Assembly: GCA_965644295.1 (NCBI GenBank)
Contig: CBFFRP010000421.1
Coordinates: forward strand, 33,003 to 97,002
DNA length: 64,000 bases
Source of the DNA: Paraphysomonas bandaiensis
Lineage: Eukaryota > Protista > Chrysophyceae
Reading direction: 5' to 3'
How positions within the stretch are numbered: the first letter of the stretch is position 1; the number at the start of each line of letters is the position of its first letter. Below the pieces are notes generated by a model. That model ran no database searches. It saw nothing but the letters and a program-made list of their open reading frames with translations, and was not told the DNA's origin. A program made the translations under genes and the position numbers. Shown one piece after another: positions 50,714 to 62,101 of the stretch.

Positions 50714-51295
50714 ACTGTGATAACAACTCTCCTGTTAAGTCCCCCTTATATCCTTCTATCTAATTAGATATCACTCTATAACCCTCCTGTATATATATGC
50801 ATGTATGTATAGCTATATATACAGTGATATTATAGACGTGAGATGTATCAGATCGTGTGTAGTCTTACATCACCCGTACTGACAGTCTATGCCTGTGATG
50901 TGTGTTCGAAGTTAGGACTGAGGTTTAATACTGTAGTGGGCTCCCTCTATAGATAGAAGTGCAGCAGAGTGTACAGAGGGAAGGTACTAAAGATTCTCTC
51001 GCCCTGATTTCTATGTTTTTATGCTAGGCTGTTGCTCTTTTCTCAAGTTTTTATACATACTGTTTCTATTTTCCCTAGTTTTTAGTATGTTCAGATTCTT
51101 ACAGGTAGATTGGACCAACCAGATGTGTTATCAGTGTCGTCTGCGCTATTGATTGGATATTAGCTGCTGGTCATGTGGTGTGTTTGTGCAATAATTCCAT
51201 AGTAGATTAACGCTAACTCACCGCACACTGCTGCATACTGTTACCACTGCACTGTTAAGACATCAATTATATTTCTCTGCAGTGAAGGATATAAC

Positions 51296-52939
51296 ATGAA
51301 CACTGTGAGTGCAATGGAGTCATCCAGACAGAGTGAGGAGGAGTGTAAGACTCTGGATGAACTCAAATGTGCGTTACAGTCAGATGCAGCTGTATCTGTT
51401 AAATCAATCTGGTTTAATGACTCATTTCTTAATCTATTGAAGCCGAATCTATTGTGTGCGTCAAATTTGAGAGCTTTAGATCTTAGTAAAACTCAAGTGA
51501 GTGATGCTGGTGCTCAATTGCTGTGCCACATTCTCGACAAACTTGAGACGCTTGCACTCAATAATACGAATGTTGGTGACGAAGGAGCTACATACATAGT
51601 CGACAGCTTAAAATTGAACCGCTATTTACAACGGTTGGATCTCTCTTGTACCAGAATTACTGATGCCTCGTGCTCTGCTTTTACAGATTTAATATTGAAC
51701 CACGGCAAAACATTCATCGCCCTCGAAGTGCATTCCAGTCATACTTCGTCTGAAGCTGAGGGTGTTCTAGCTAATGCTCTTGCACTCCATCCTAGAGAAC
51801 CGTTTTCTAAAGAAAATTGGGATATGCCACCATGGAATACATGGGCTTTTCAACATATTCCTCATTTTCTTAATTGCGATATTGTTCCTAAAGGAGGATA
51901 TATAAATCCTCTAAAAGAGAGTTATCGCGACTTTTCTGCGCACAAGTTCGAATTTATGGGAGAATTAGTATCTTTGGATTGTGTGTTGAGGGAGACATAC
52001 ACAGATGCCTTCATCGTTCTCCATCGCGGTGAAATAATCGTGGAGAAATACTTCAATGGCATGACACAGTGGACTCAACACCTAAGTCAATCAGTGGCCA
52101 AGTCAATTGCTGGTTTGTTATGCGGCATATTGGTTGGTCAAGGAGTACTGGATCCGGCAGAGGTTTTAACGACGTATCTGCCGGAATTGAGCTGCACTGC
52201 CTACAGTGGCGCAACACTACAACACGTACTGGATATGACATCCGGAGTTGCTTACTGTGAGATGTACACAAGTCCCACCTCAGACATTGCTATGACAGAA
52301 TATGCCTCTGGATGGAAGATACCTCCGCAGGGTGTCACTCCTCCCGGGACAGTGTGGGAGCAAATATTGTCTCTCACTGAACAGGAGTGTGACCATGGAA
52401 GTAGATGGAGTTACAGATCCATTGAAACAGATGTCTTAGGCATGGTAATGGAACGGGCAACAGGATCGACTATGTCTCAGCTTGTTTCTGAACTGCTATG
52501 GCAGCCCATGTGTGCCGAATGTGATGCGTACTATACAGTAGACGCTTCGGGGTATGCATGCGCGGATGGTGGGTTCAATGCGACCCTGAGAGATTACGCC
52601 AGAATTGGTTATCTCTTGCAGAATGGTGGAAGAGTGAATGACACACAAATTGTTCCAGAGTCATGGATAGAAAGTACTAGGTGTGGAAATCACGAAATGT
52701 TTGCATGCAAAAATATATCTGGACTCCCAGATGGGGCATACAAAAATCAGTTTTGGTTACGGGATTCAGAGTCAAGATCTATAATGTGTTTAGGTATATT
52801 CGGCCAGATGATTTACACAGATTTTAACAATGAAATGGTTATCGTCAAGCTTTCGAGTTGGCCTAGTGCTCTTGATGCTTCATTGAAAATTGGAACGTTT
52901 GAACTTGTCGATCAACTGGGTAAGATTTTGGGGGTGTAG
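51296..52939 (+). CDS. Intronless fusion of LRR domain and class C beta-lactamase / NylB (6-aminohexanoate-dimer hydrolase)-like serine hydrolase
   Basis: LRRs (LRALDLSKTQVSDAGA, LALNNTNVGDEGA, LQRLDLSCTRITD), then NWDMPPWNTWAFQHI, SVAK (SxxK), LDMTSG, YRS, RDYARIG, GIFGQ. Confidence 0.88.
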   Translation: MNTVSAMESSRQSEEECKTLDELKCALQSDAAVSVKSIWFNDSFLNLLKPNLLCASNLRALDLSKTQVSDAGAQLLCHILDKLETLALNNTNVGDEGATYIVDSLKLNRYLQRLDLSCTRITDASCSAFTDLILNHGKTFIALEVHSSHTSSEAEGVLANALALHPREPFSKENWDMPPWNTWAFQHIPHFLNCDIVPKGGYINPLKESYRDFSAHKFEFMGELVSLDCVLRETYTDAFIVLHRGEIIVEKYFNGMTQWTQHLSQSVAKSIAGLLCGILVGQGVLDPAEVLTTYLPELSCTAYSGATLQHVLDMTSGVAYCEMYTSPTSDIAMTEYASGWKIPPQGVTPPGTVWEQILSLTEQECDHGSRWSYRSIETDVLGMVMERATGSTMSQLVSELLWQPMCAECDAYYTVDASGYACADGGFNATLRDYARIGYLLQNGGRVNDTQIVPESWIESTRCGNHEMFACKNISGLPDGAYKNQFWLRDSESRSIMCLGIFGQMIYTDFNNEMVIVKLSSWPSALDASLKIGTFELVDQLGKILGV

Positions 52940-53569
52940 GCTCATTACTTAATTCTGAAAGTATATAGTTTAAGTCTTAGTTCTGAATAGCAATGCTTAG
53001 TTGCATGTCGTACGTCAAGAATTAATCTTCCTTGACTTTTTCAATTGCTGGAACCTTGCTAGTAGAAGTAATACTGTATGCTTTATTGTTGTTGATAATA
53101 CGTAAATATTCTTTGGCGTTTCGAGGTTTGTAGCTCACGGAAACGAGTACATTAGGTTAACACTTTCATATATCCGATGCCATTATAAAAATTATGTACC
53201 TACACCAGTTTTCTATACTAGCATTGGCTGATAACCGCCTTAAATATAAGCAAATCGTTGGTTGTATAGTTTTATAATTTCTATGTGAAAACGAAATGGA
53301 CTTCGAAATAGTATAACAAATTTAAACGCACATAGCATGAGACAATTGGATAATCTTTATTGTTATGCAGATAGAGAACGATGAATCGTCACGAATTATT
53401 TCATAGGTATAAGTCTAGTAGAAAAACGGAGATAATCTGTAGCAATAATAGCGGAAAAAAAATAGATGTGACCAAATAAGCTCTATTGCCCTTCCATTCG
53501 TCGAAACTACCATATTATTCGTGTGCTAAACTAACACACTGCGTGCATGAAAATGGCACAGTCGTTGTT

Positions 53570-54310
53570 TTATACATCTGCACCATTTTCAGCAGCATTA
53601 GAATTCGAAAATGGTCTTGCAACTACAGAATCTTTTATTTTGTGAAGGTAGCTATCACCCTCATTGCGATGGCGGACAAATCTTGCAGGAGTTCCATACG
53701 CAACAATATACGAAGACACGTCTCCCAGAACGGTTGCACCTGCCCCAATTACAGTGTGGTCGCCGATAGCACACTGGTGGCACACTGTAGCACCGATACA
53801 AACTGCGGAGAATGCCCCCACCTTCACCCCTCCTCCACAGCAGGCCTTGGGACCAAAGCTTGAAAAGTCGCCAAGCTCAGTCTCATGATCAATAGCACAC
53901 GAGGTATTCAGGATACAGAAATTTCCTATCTTCGCAAGACTGTTGATTATGACACCAGGCAAAACAACTGTGCCTTCACCAAAAGTGACCCCACGAGCGA
54001 CAAGTGCTGATGGATGAATCACTGTAGGAAAAAAGATATCTCCACATATCGACTTAATTCTTTGATATATTTGCGATCTGACATAGTTATCACCCACAGC
54101 AATTACAACAGCGTCGATACTTAGTTTCACCACAAGCTGCAAGAGATCTTCCTCTCTGCCAAGAACAGTGTATCCCATTACATCACATCCAGCATCCAGA
54201 TTATAATCAAGTATACCCACAACCAGATAACCAGGAATTTGTTCCAGTGTATCCAGTATGACTTTACAGTGTCCACCTCCTCCAACAACAATTACATTCG
54301 CCACAGCCAT
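53570..54310 (-). CDS. NeuD/PglD/VioB-family sugar O/N-acetyltransferase (left-handed beta-helix), intronless
   Basis: IVVGGGGHCKVILD; IAVGDNYVR; VIHPSA; hexapeptide repeats; IDHE; AYGTPAR. Confidence 0.9.
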   Translation of the reverse strand: MAVANVIVVGGGGHCKVILDTLEQIPGYLVVGILDYNLDAGCDVMGYTVLGREEDLLQLVVKLSIDAVVIAVGDNYVRSQIYQRIKSICGDIFFPTVIHPSALVARGVTFGEGTVVLPGVIINSLAKIGNFCILNTSCAIDHETELGDFSSFGPKACCGGGVKVGAFSAVCIGATVCHQCAIGDHTVIGAGATVLGDVSSYIVAYGTPARFVRHRNEGDSYLHKIKDSVVARPFSNSNAAENGADV

Positions 54311-55085
54311 GATGAGGTTAGTATTATGTATTAATGAAGAAGCAAACTGGACTTCTGAATCGTTTATATAACTTTCTTGTAATCGTATTTACTTCAATCG
54401 AACTTCAACATGCTTTTGAAGAAATCGTTAGATCAGAGTGTGTATTGTGTCGTAATTCTCTAACGTGGCCAGCAGAATAAGAAATCATCGCATTCAATCG
54501 TCCTTTCAAACCCTTATTTACAAACGCAACCATACTAGCCAATCATATCAGTTTAATCGATGAAGAGAGGATTTTATTTGATATTAGAGGGGAATAGGGT
54601 GTAGGGTGCGTACTATCTAATTTTTTACTGATTTTTCATAAGAACATGTCAAATACAGACACTATTATCATACAATGTCCTAAAAAGCCCACTATTTAGA
54701 GAAACCGTTGAAAGATTCTTAGATATCATCATGCATCACTGCTGCATCCATTATGATTGCCAGATGTTTAAACTTCAATGTACAGCTTGTTGAAATGCTA
54801 TCTATATGTAATGTGATATGCAAGATAGTAGTATGTGCTGCTTGATCCAATATGTTTGAATGCTACCACACATCCATGCAGTAACTTCCTACCTAGACAG
54901 AGGACTGTTGCTACTGAACTGTTATGAATATATTACTTATCAAGAACTAGTAACATGAGTAGCATAAATGAGGCATACGTTATTCAACAGTGTTGAGTAA
55001 CATATGCGAGAAAAGTGTCGGATGATAAGTGTAGCCACATAAGTGCAGTATTCGTATCGTTGAAAGCTTGGGGTATTTGTCATAT

Positions 55086-55265
55086 AGTTATATTTAACTA
55101 CGGGTTGTAAGGAGGCTACATCATTCAGCGCATAAAACTTTGACAAGTAAGGATAACCCTTGTCGTCAGGTCAAAATTGAAGATTATCCTCATGATATTG
55201 AAAACCTCATATATTTGAATGTATAGCTATTTTTATCCTGCTTGCTGTAAGAGGATATGTGTGTT
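55086..55265 (-). repeat. Diverged inverted partial copy of the end of the ~860-bp dispersed repeat
   Basis: AGTTATATTTAAC...TAAGGAGGCTACATC...TTATCCTCATGATATTGAAAA...TGTATAGCTATTT matches the reverse complement of ~23560-23752. Confidence 0.6.
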
Positions 55266-56579
55266 AACTTATTAAATCATAAACGAATGAAAAATTATTA
55301 AGTATTGTTTCTAACAAATGGTATCTGTATAAGGGAATGGCAATTGTACTAGCTAACTCTAAACATCAAATCCCCTAATTAATATAATAAGAGGATTAAC
55401 TTATAGTAGTTTAAACAAATGCACCCCTACCGCAGGATGATGCTTAGGGAGTAGCAACTATAAGATATTGAATTTTGTACATAAGTGTGACACGAGGGAT
55501 TTTATTGTCATTGGCATCATTATCATATTTACGTACATTACGCATAACCCTTGATAGTGCAACTGACTCTTACGCTGTGTGTACAATACACAATACTGAT
55601 CAAAACCCTAAAAGAACGGGGTAACATTACTCCAAACCATCATCAGCATTTGATAGATATTGCAAAGTCCTGGTTTCCTTTACAACTGGAAGTGTTGGAT
55701 ATTCTGCTTTTGAAGCAAAGTAAACTCATCATCGTGGAATATATTGAAATCTCATTCTAATAACTCTCACTATCATATTTAAGATAGAAGATACTTTAAT
55801 TCAACAGAATATTGAAGTTATGTCTATATTAGTCCGATGCTAATATTAGCGTTCTGCGGAACCCGATTCAGATCAAAAAACCCTGTTTGAGATGTGAAAA
55901 TAGCAACGATTCTTTCCGAACATTTCTATAGGCGTATGTGACAGCTTCTATGACCAAGTTTGAAAGAGGAATGCCGATATAACATTACTCACTACACCCC
56001 TAACACACTGTAGAAAGATATATGTAATATGTAACTATGTAGCTACGTAGCTACATAGTAGTATGTAGTATGCCACCACTAACTAAACTAAAGCACGAAG
56101 CACGATAACCACCACGTCAGGGCTTTTACAAAAGTATGTTAGCAGGACTAATTAACTAAATAACGAAGGAGTATATGTACGAGTAGTTATATTGCATTGA
56201 CATTCTGGCTTGTTTTGTTAAGTTTGAAAGATTTGCGCCCTATTGCCTTATGTGCCAAGAAATTGATGATTACCGTCTCTCCAACACTGTTTAATAACTC
56301 ATGCTAAATTATTAAAATGTATTTGAGATAAAGGAGAAGTTTACATGTTCATCATTTATAATCTTTCTGACACATGCGTATACTTTAATACGACAGACAA
56401 CTAACACAGTAAGGACAGTCAGCGTGTTATTATTGCGTATATATCAACACAGTTAAAATTCATCAATAGCAAGCCCCTACCGACATATCAACCACTTAAA
56501 TGTCAATGAACGCACGACGGAGAAAACAAGAATGTACTGACATGCCCCAAAGATACACAAGTGCCTACACCACTACATT

Positions 56580-57185
56580 CTACGCCTCCTCGCACCATTT
56601 GTTCTCTTCGCGAACTTGGGCTTCTTCCGCGGGTGTGAAATCATTAACAATGTTGAAATGCTGTCGTATATCTTCCGGTGTCTTTCCTTTAATCATGCTC
56701 GCCACAGTTGCACATGTAATTTCTAACAGAGGTTTGATATCCATATAGTTAGCAGCCAAGATGAGCTCAAAGAGAACTTCCTGATCAACATTAACAAAGT
56801 TTGCGTACCATTCCTGTACTATCTCGTTCATATTAGCTGACTTTAGCGGCTAAAATGAAATATGAGAGGAGTAAGTAAATGTGATATACAGCACTGCACC
56901 TTCTCGATTTCGTTCATAGGATCAGTTTTGTAATGCTCTGCGAATTCAATAATTTTCGCCAAAATTGCAGTCTTAACATTAGGAAGAGGAATCTCCTGCA
57001 CTTCATCATCTGCTTGCTCGTCTGTTCCATGTGTTAGATAGGTGTAGGACACTAGATCTAGGATCGTTACCATCAAACATAGTTTTAACAAGCTCAGACA
57101 TCTTTGCCACTTCAAGAGACACATCAAACTGTTCTCCTTCTTGTGATACAAGATGTACTGTACGATTATCACCTTCTGCTGCCAT
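56580..57185 (-). CDS. SKP1: S-phase kinase-associated protein 1 (SCF adaptor), 3 exons
   Basis: LVSQEGEQF; [15 protein letters not shown]; [17 protein letters not shown]; [34 protein letters not shown]. Confidence 0.97.
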
Positions 57186-57648
57186 TTTACTGCTCCTATT
57201 AACAGGGTTATATCTGTAATATATGACTATGGACAATTCCCAATGAGTATTATACACGACACTCACACATACATCTCAACACATACATCAACACAGCAAC
57301 AATCTAAGCATGTTGCTAATATTTTTTTCTACTTTCTTTGGTAATATCTTGAATGGACATAAGAAATGTAGGTAGAGAACTTTATGGAAACTGAAAGTGT
57401 CTGTTGAAGATAGGTATCACAACATTTGTTTTTTGTGAGATCAGGTTGTTTTTTTGCAAGGACTTCTGTGTGTATATATATGTGTGTATGCATATATGTA
57501 GGTATGTATCATAACATGCACTCACCTCACGTATACTGAATGCATATGCACTTAGATTGCTTGGTGACATATATTGCAGTCTATTAATATCTGCCACAGT
57601 GTTCACTTATATATTCATTTGTCCCCACATAGTTTTAATATCTGTAAT

Positions 57649-58545
57649 ATGTTCTTGCCAATTTTGCTTTTGGTTCCCACCCTTGCTCTAGGGCATTATT
57701 CGATATACTACACTAATTCCCAGTCAGCTGTGTCTGCATCTGTCACACGGTTTGCCAAAGCCCCAAATGCACTTCAGGTTGCTGATATATATTCACGATT
57801 GAGTGGGCATTCTCCAGTGCTAAGTGAAGGTATGTTTTTAGCTTCATAATATTGTGATAACGTCTCGATCAGATACTGTTGCATTGCCTGCTGTCGATGT
57901 GTTGTCTGCATCTACAGCAAAGCCTGTCATCCTCAATCTTTTTGGTGGTGGTAAGGTGAAGCACACAATTCACTCTTGAAACTGATATATTTTTTCGAAA
58001 ATGTAGAGAAATTAAAATTGGAGTCTACGACTGTCGCTCGATTTCCTGTTAAAGCTGATGATATGGCCCCATCTGCTGCCGATGTTCAAGCTGTTCTTCG
58101 CGCACACAACGTGGAAGTTGATGTCAAAGATATGGTAGCTAAAAGAAAAATTGCTTTGCCATAAGTAAATAGATTGCGTAGGAGTTTGCTGATAGTGCGA
58201 CAGTGGAGGCCTGGGTCAAGCAGCAGTCTGCACCAGTTGTGATTCTTCATCATGAGCAGGAAATTTCTCGTCACACTCCTATTCGTAGACTGGCTGAAAC
58301 TAATACCACTAACTCTACAACTCCTCTTACTGAAGAGGAAATTTCTTCTTATCAGGTTGATGACCTTTTCATTGCTGACTTTTGTGTATTAACTGACTAA
58401 ACTACTGTAGATTGGATTGTGGACTGGTTTGTCAATGGTTCTTCTTCTTCTTACTGGCGTTTGCATGATTTCCACCATGGATGTTATTCCAGACAGTTTG
58501 CTGTTTGCGAAATTTCAGAGTACACGCGGAAACAAGAGTGATTAA
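57649..58545 (+). CDS. Type I membrane protein, V-ATPase accessory (Ac45/ATP6AP2/Voa1-like C-terminus), multi-exon
   Basis: Signal peptide MFLPILLLVPTLALG; RRLAE basic site; EEEISSYQ|IGLWTGLSMVLLLLTGVCMISTMDVIPDSLLFAKF tail. Confidence 0.65.
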
Positions 58546-59700
58546 AATCTGGTCCCTATGTGCTTCATGCATTTGTTTTTGTGAGTAAGGGGTTTGATGC
58601 GATTTGGGGATAAGTTTTAAAATAAAAATCAACCTTCTACCATCAAAAATATTTTTAACACTTGGAGAATAGTTTTAATATCTGTCTACAAGGCTAATCT
58701 CTCTGACCTAGTAATCAATACACAAAAACAGATGGCTGTGTACGTACACAGTACAGATTTTTTTCGGGTAAAGATTTATCTGTGATGATTTAATCATAAA
58801 TGAGCGTAGTAATCGTCGATTTGCCATATAATTTTCAATTAGGTTTGTTCTGTGTCTTAATAGACGAGCTCTTATGTGCAATACTAGGACAATTTCTACC
58901 AGATTACCGTCTACATGATCTCCTTTATGTTGGTATCAACGTATCAACTCATTCTGTCTGAGCCATCTAGTGATAAGAACAAGTGTTTATGAACAATTTA
59001 GAGTATATACTCTACTTGTACAGGTAGATGCGTACAGGGTCTGGTAACAGGCTAATGGCACAGTTGTGAATGCCTAATTACTATATCTAATATCTACAGC
59101 ATCTTCTTACAAGGCAACGTCATACGTAACTCCTACGTTCTACCTTTAAGAATCTTCTCAAGAAAAGTGATAAGAAGAGAGACGTTGAGCTATGTTTTAA
59201 TACCGCACATTGTTAGTCGTTTCTTTGATGCACCACCATGGCTAAGCTGACTGTAAGCATAGGAATAGGAGCTTGCAGTGTAGAGTAATTTTTATTTTAT
59301 AATTATATTTTGTGTGTCATAATATGTTATGCTGCAGTCATATTACTTGAAGAGAGTACAGTACGTTGTTATAGGACTGGGAAGTGAATTAAATACCCAC
59401 CATTAATGATTGATAGTTTGCTTCAAAATATATTTGTCAGAGTTATTCTTATTTCAATTCGTCTCATTACCTCCTGCGAATTTTAACTCTAGTGGATGGA
59501 CCAGGAGAGTATACTGGTATCGATTCGATATGCCTAGAAATCCTAACTAATATAACGGTAAGTGATTAAATTAACATTCTATAGTGCATCATATCTTCAG
59601 CATATAGAAGTCCACTAAAACACATCTTTCGGACGTACCCTACATCAGCGTCACCAAACTAAAACTGTGGACAAACAAAAAGAAAACAAATATAGTGAGT

Positions 59701-60384
59701 TCATAGCCAATACTGTGGATATTTCCTATTGCAGAGAAGGTTATTGTAAAGAGCACCCACAGCTACTAAGAGAGATGTGCCGACCGCTGTTGGCACAAGG
59801 AAATAGAATCCCATGGAGCTGATATGCGCCGAGCCAGTTGCGGCTATTAGAGCAGTTGCACCCCCAGGAGGGTGAACAGTTCGAGTAGTCATCATAGCCA
59901 TTGTAGCTATACACACAGCGGCCGGCCCAGCTACGAAAGGCATATCCACTGGTACAACTTGATTCGCACAAATACCACAGAAAGCAGACAACACCTGTCC
60001 ACCAACTACATTTCGAGGCTGAGAAAAAGGTGCATAAGGAGCACTAATTATCAATACACAAGATGCACCAAATGATGCAACAATCATAGTGGCATCTATA
60101 GTAGCAACACCAAAATGAAGGAACGACAACGCTCCCACACCAAAGAATGACCCTAATCCCGATACGATAATCTCTGTATGTGATGCCTTTGGAGACGACT
60201 TCCCTTCAATCCCTTTAAACTTATCTATATATCTACTTAGTTTATATCTAATAGAGATAGCTGATGATTGATTATTATTATCTGATGATGTCGTTGAGAA
60301 CCATACAATAGACTGAGAGAGTGATTGCGATGATATCAGAGACCTGTATGTGCGCTGGTTAGTCTTGGAGGCCAGGCGATACAT
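59701..60384 (-). CDS. HPP family integral membrane protein
   Basis: ASFGASCVL; PFSQPRNVVGGQ; TRTVHPPGGATAL; YNNL...YPQYW. Confidence 0.92.
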   Translation of the reverse strand: MYRLASKTNQRTYRSLISSQSLSQSIVWFSTTSSDNNNQSSAISIRYKLSRYIDKFKGIEGKSSPKASHTEIIVSGLGSFFGVGALSFLHFGVATIDATMIVASFGASCVLIISAPYAPFSQPRNVVGGQVLSAFCGICANQVVPVDMPFVAGPAAVCIATMAMMTTRTVHPPGGATALIAATGSAHISSMGFYFLVPTAVGTSLLVAVGALYNNLLCNRKYPQYWL

Positions 60385-60667
60385 AGAATGATAATTAACG
60401 AACTGGTAAGTAGTAAATATCTGATGGGCTCGGACTCTGATATGTGACTAGAATGGTGTGTATATATGGTGCTTACATACTTCTATATATGGTACTTGCA
60501 GTGCAATATGAAGCAGGGATGATATTCAATGTACAGGACACATATACACAGACACAGACACAGACACACATACACACTCCCTTCAAATCATCAAAAGTGT
60601 CAAGTATACATATACAAATATTAATCATTTATATTATATAAAATATTCATTGTCGTCAGATATGTAC

Positions 60668-60739
60668 GGGAAAGTGGTCTAGGGGTATGATTCTCGCTTC
60701 GGGTGCGAGAGGTCCCGGGTTCGATTCCCGGCTTTCCCC
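60668..60739 (+). tRNA. tRNA-Pro (anticodon CGG)
   Basis: Acceptor stem GGGAAAG/CTTTCCC; D-arm TGGTCTAGGGGTATGA; anticodon arm CTCGC-TTCGGGT-GCGAG; T-loop GGTTCGATTCC; downstream poly-T Pol III terminator. Confidence 0.95.
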
Positions 60740-62101
60740 GTGCCTCTTTTTTTTTCATACTATCCATGGCTGGGGTATACTTGCAGATGCCGTATTCCTG
60801 CCGTATACTATAAGGTATACAGTACAGTGCATATGATGGAGTGGACGGTTAATGTACATTATTACATTTTCTTCTTCGTAACACTGCAGTCGCAGTGATC
60901 TCGTATTGTATAATGAGCAGCCATTCTGTTTGTGTAAACGTGAGTTATAGAAAAGACATCCAGGACTGGCAGATAGTCTGCAGCTGTGCATAGTTGATGG
61001 CTATGGGGAGAAGCTGACAATCATCATCGAGCACACGTTTATTGTACTAGTGACAACAATATTTAACTTGTAGAGCTGTACACAGTGAGATTTAAAATCT
61101 ATTAGCTGAACTCAAAAGCACTTTATGAAAGAAATGTACCCGCCAATCCGTACCTAATACTGCCTTATGTGTTATTGCTCAATTAAAGAATATAATAGTT
61201 GAACAGTGGGTCCAACTTAGAACTGTTTATTAACAGTATTTTTTGTGCCATCAGGTTGCATATAATTATATGTGTATCAGCTTTTCCGAAAGTTTATCTC
61301 AAATGGTATTGCAACAAGTTTAGCTTGTAATGCTTCAGCAACTAGCTAATTGCTGTCACCAATACTTCAGTCCTTTTATTTCGTATTGTTACGGCCAATA
61401 TCTATAAACACCATTCCTTCCAAACTCATATATCCTATAAATGGAAAAGAGTAGTTTGCAATAAACATTCGCTTAATAAATGTCAAGTATAGTTGGAAAG
61501 ATATTATTTCTACACCAAGGAATGAATTGAAACACACGAAATTTAAAGTATTTGCGGGTGACATGTATCACACACCTTTAGTTATTAGTGATTTAAAATC
61601 ACCAAACACAACACACAAGGAGTCGAGAACATACAATATATCAACTCCATGGGGAGCTTCCGCGAATCATCCTAATCTTTGTCGCAATTATTAGGAACTG
61701 AGATAAGGAGAAAAGCTGCTACGACATTATCAATAAACGCAGATATATCCAGTGTGTAAATAAACGAACAATATTTATTCGTGCTTGCACGCATAGTATT
61801 CCGTGGGCATGCAGCTCTAGCACAATAACTGCGGCTGCGAATCTAACGCTATCTACTATCGCTAGTACTATATTAGTCTATACTGTCGAGTTATCTATGC
61901 AAAATCCATCCACACTTCCTACACCAACACTTAAATCTGTCAATGTGGGAGGCGTTGCAAATTCCTTGTAGTACCGTCAAGCTTCCAACCCAGCAACTGT
62001 CATATGCCCTACCTGCCTCATACCACCTCCCATGCCCTGCCGCACCCTCTAAGCTCTTCGGGTGATTTCGTCACATCCTGCCTGCACTGAGCCCAACAAT
62101 C

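Noticed and set aside
61564-61928. Possible solo LTR (TG...CA) upstream of the Gypsy fragment
   Set aside because: No TSD, PBS or PPT found, and no second copy in the window.
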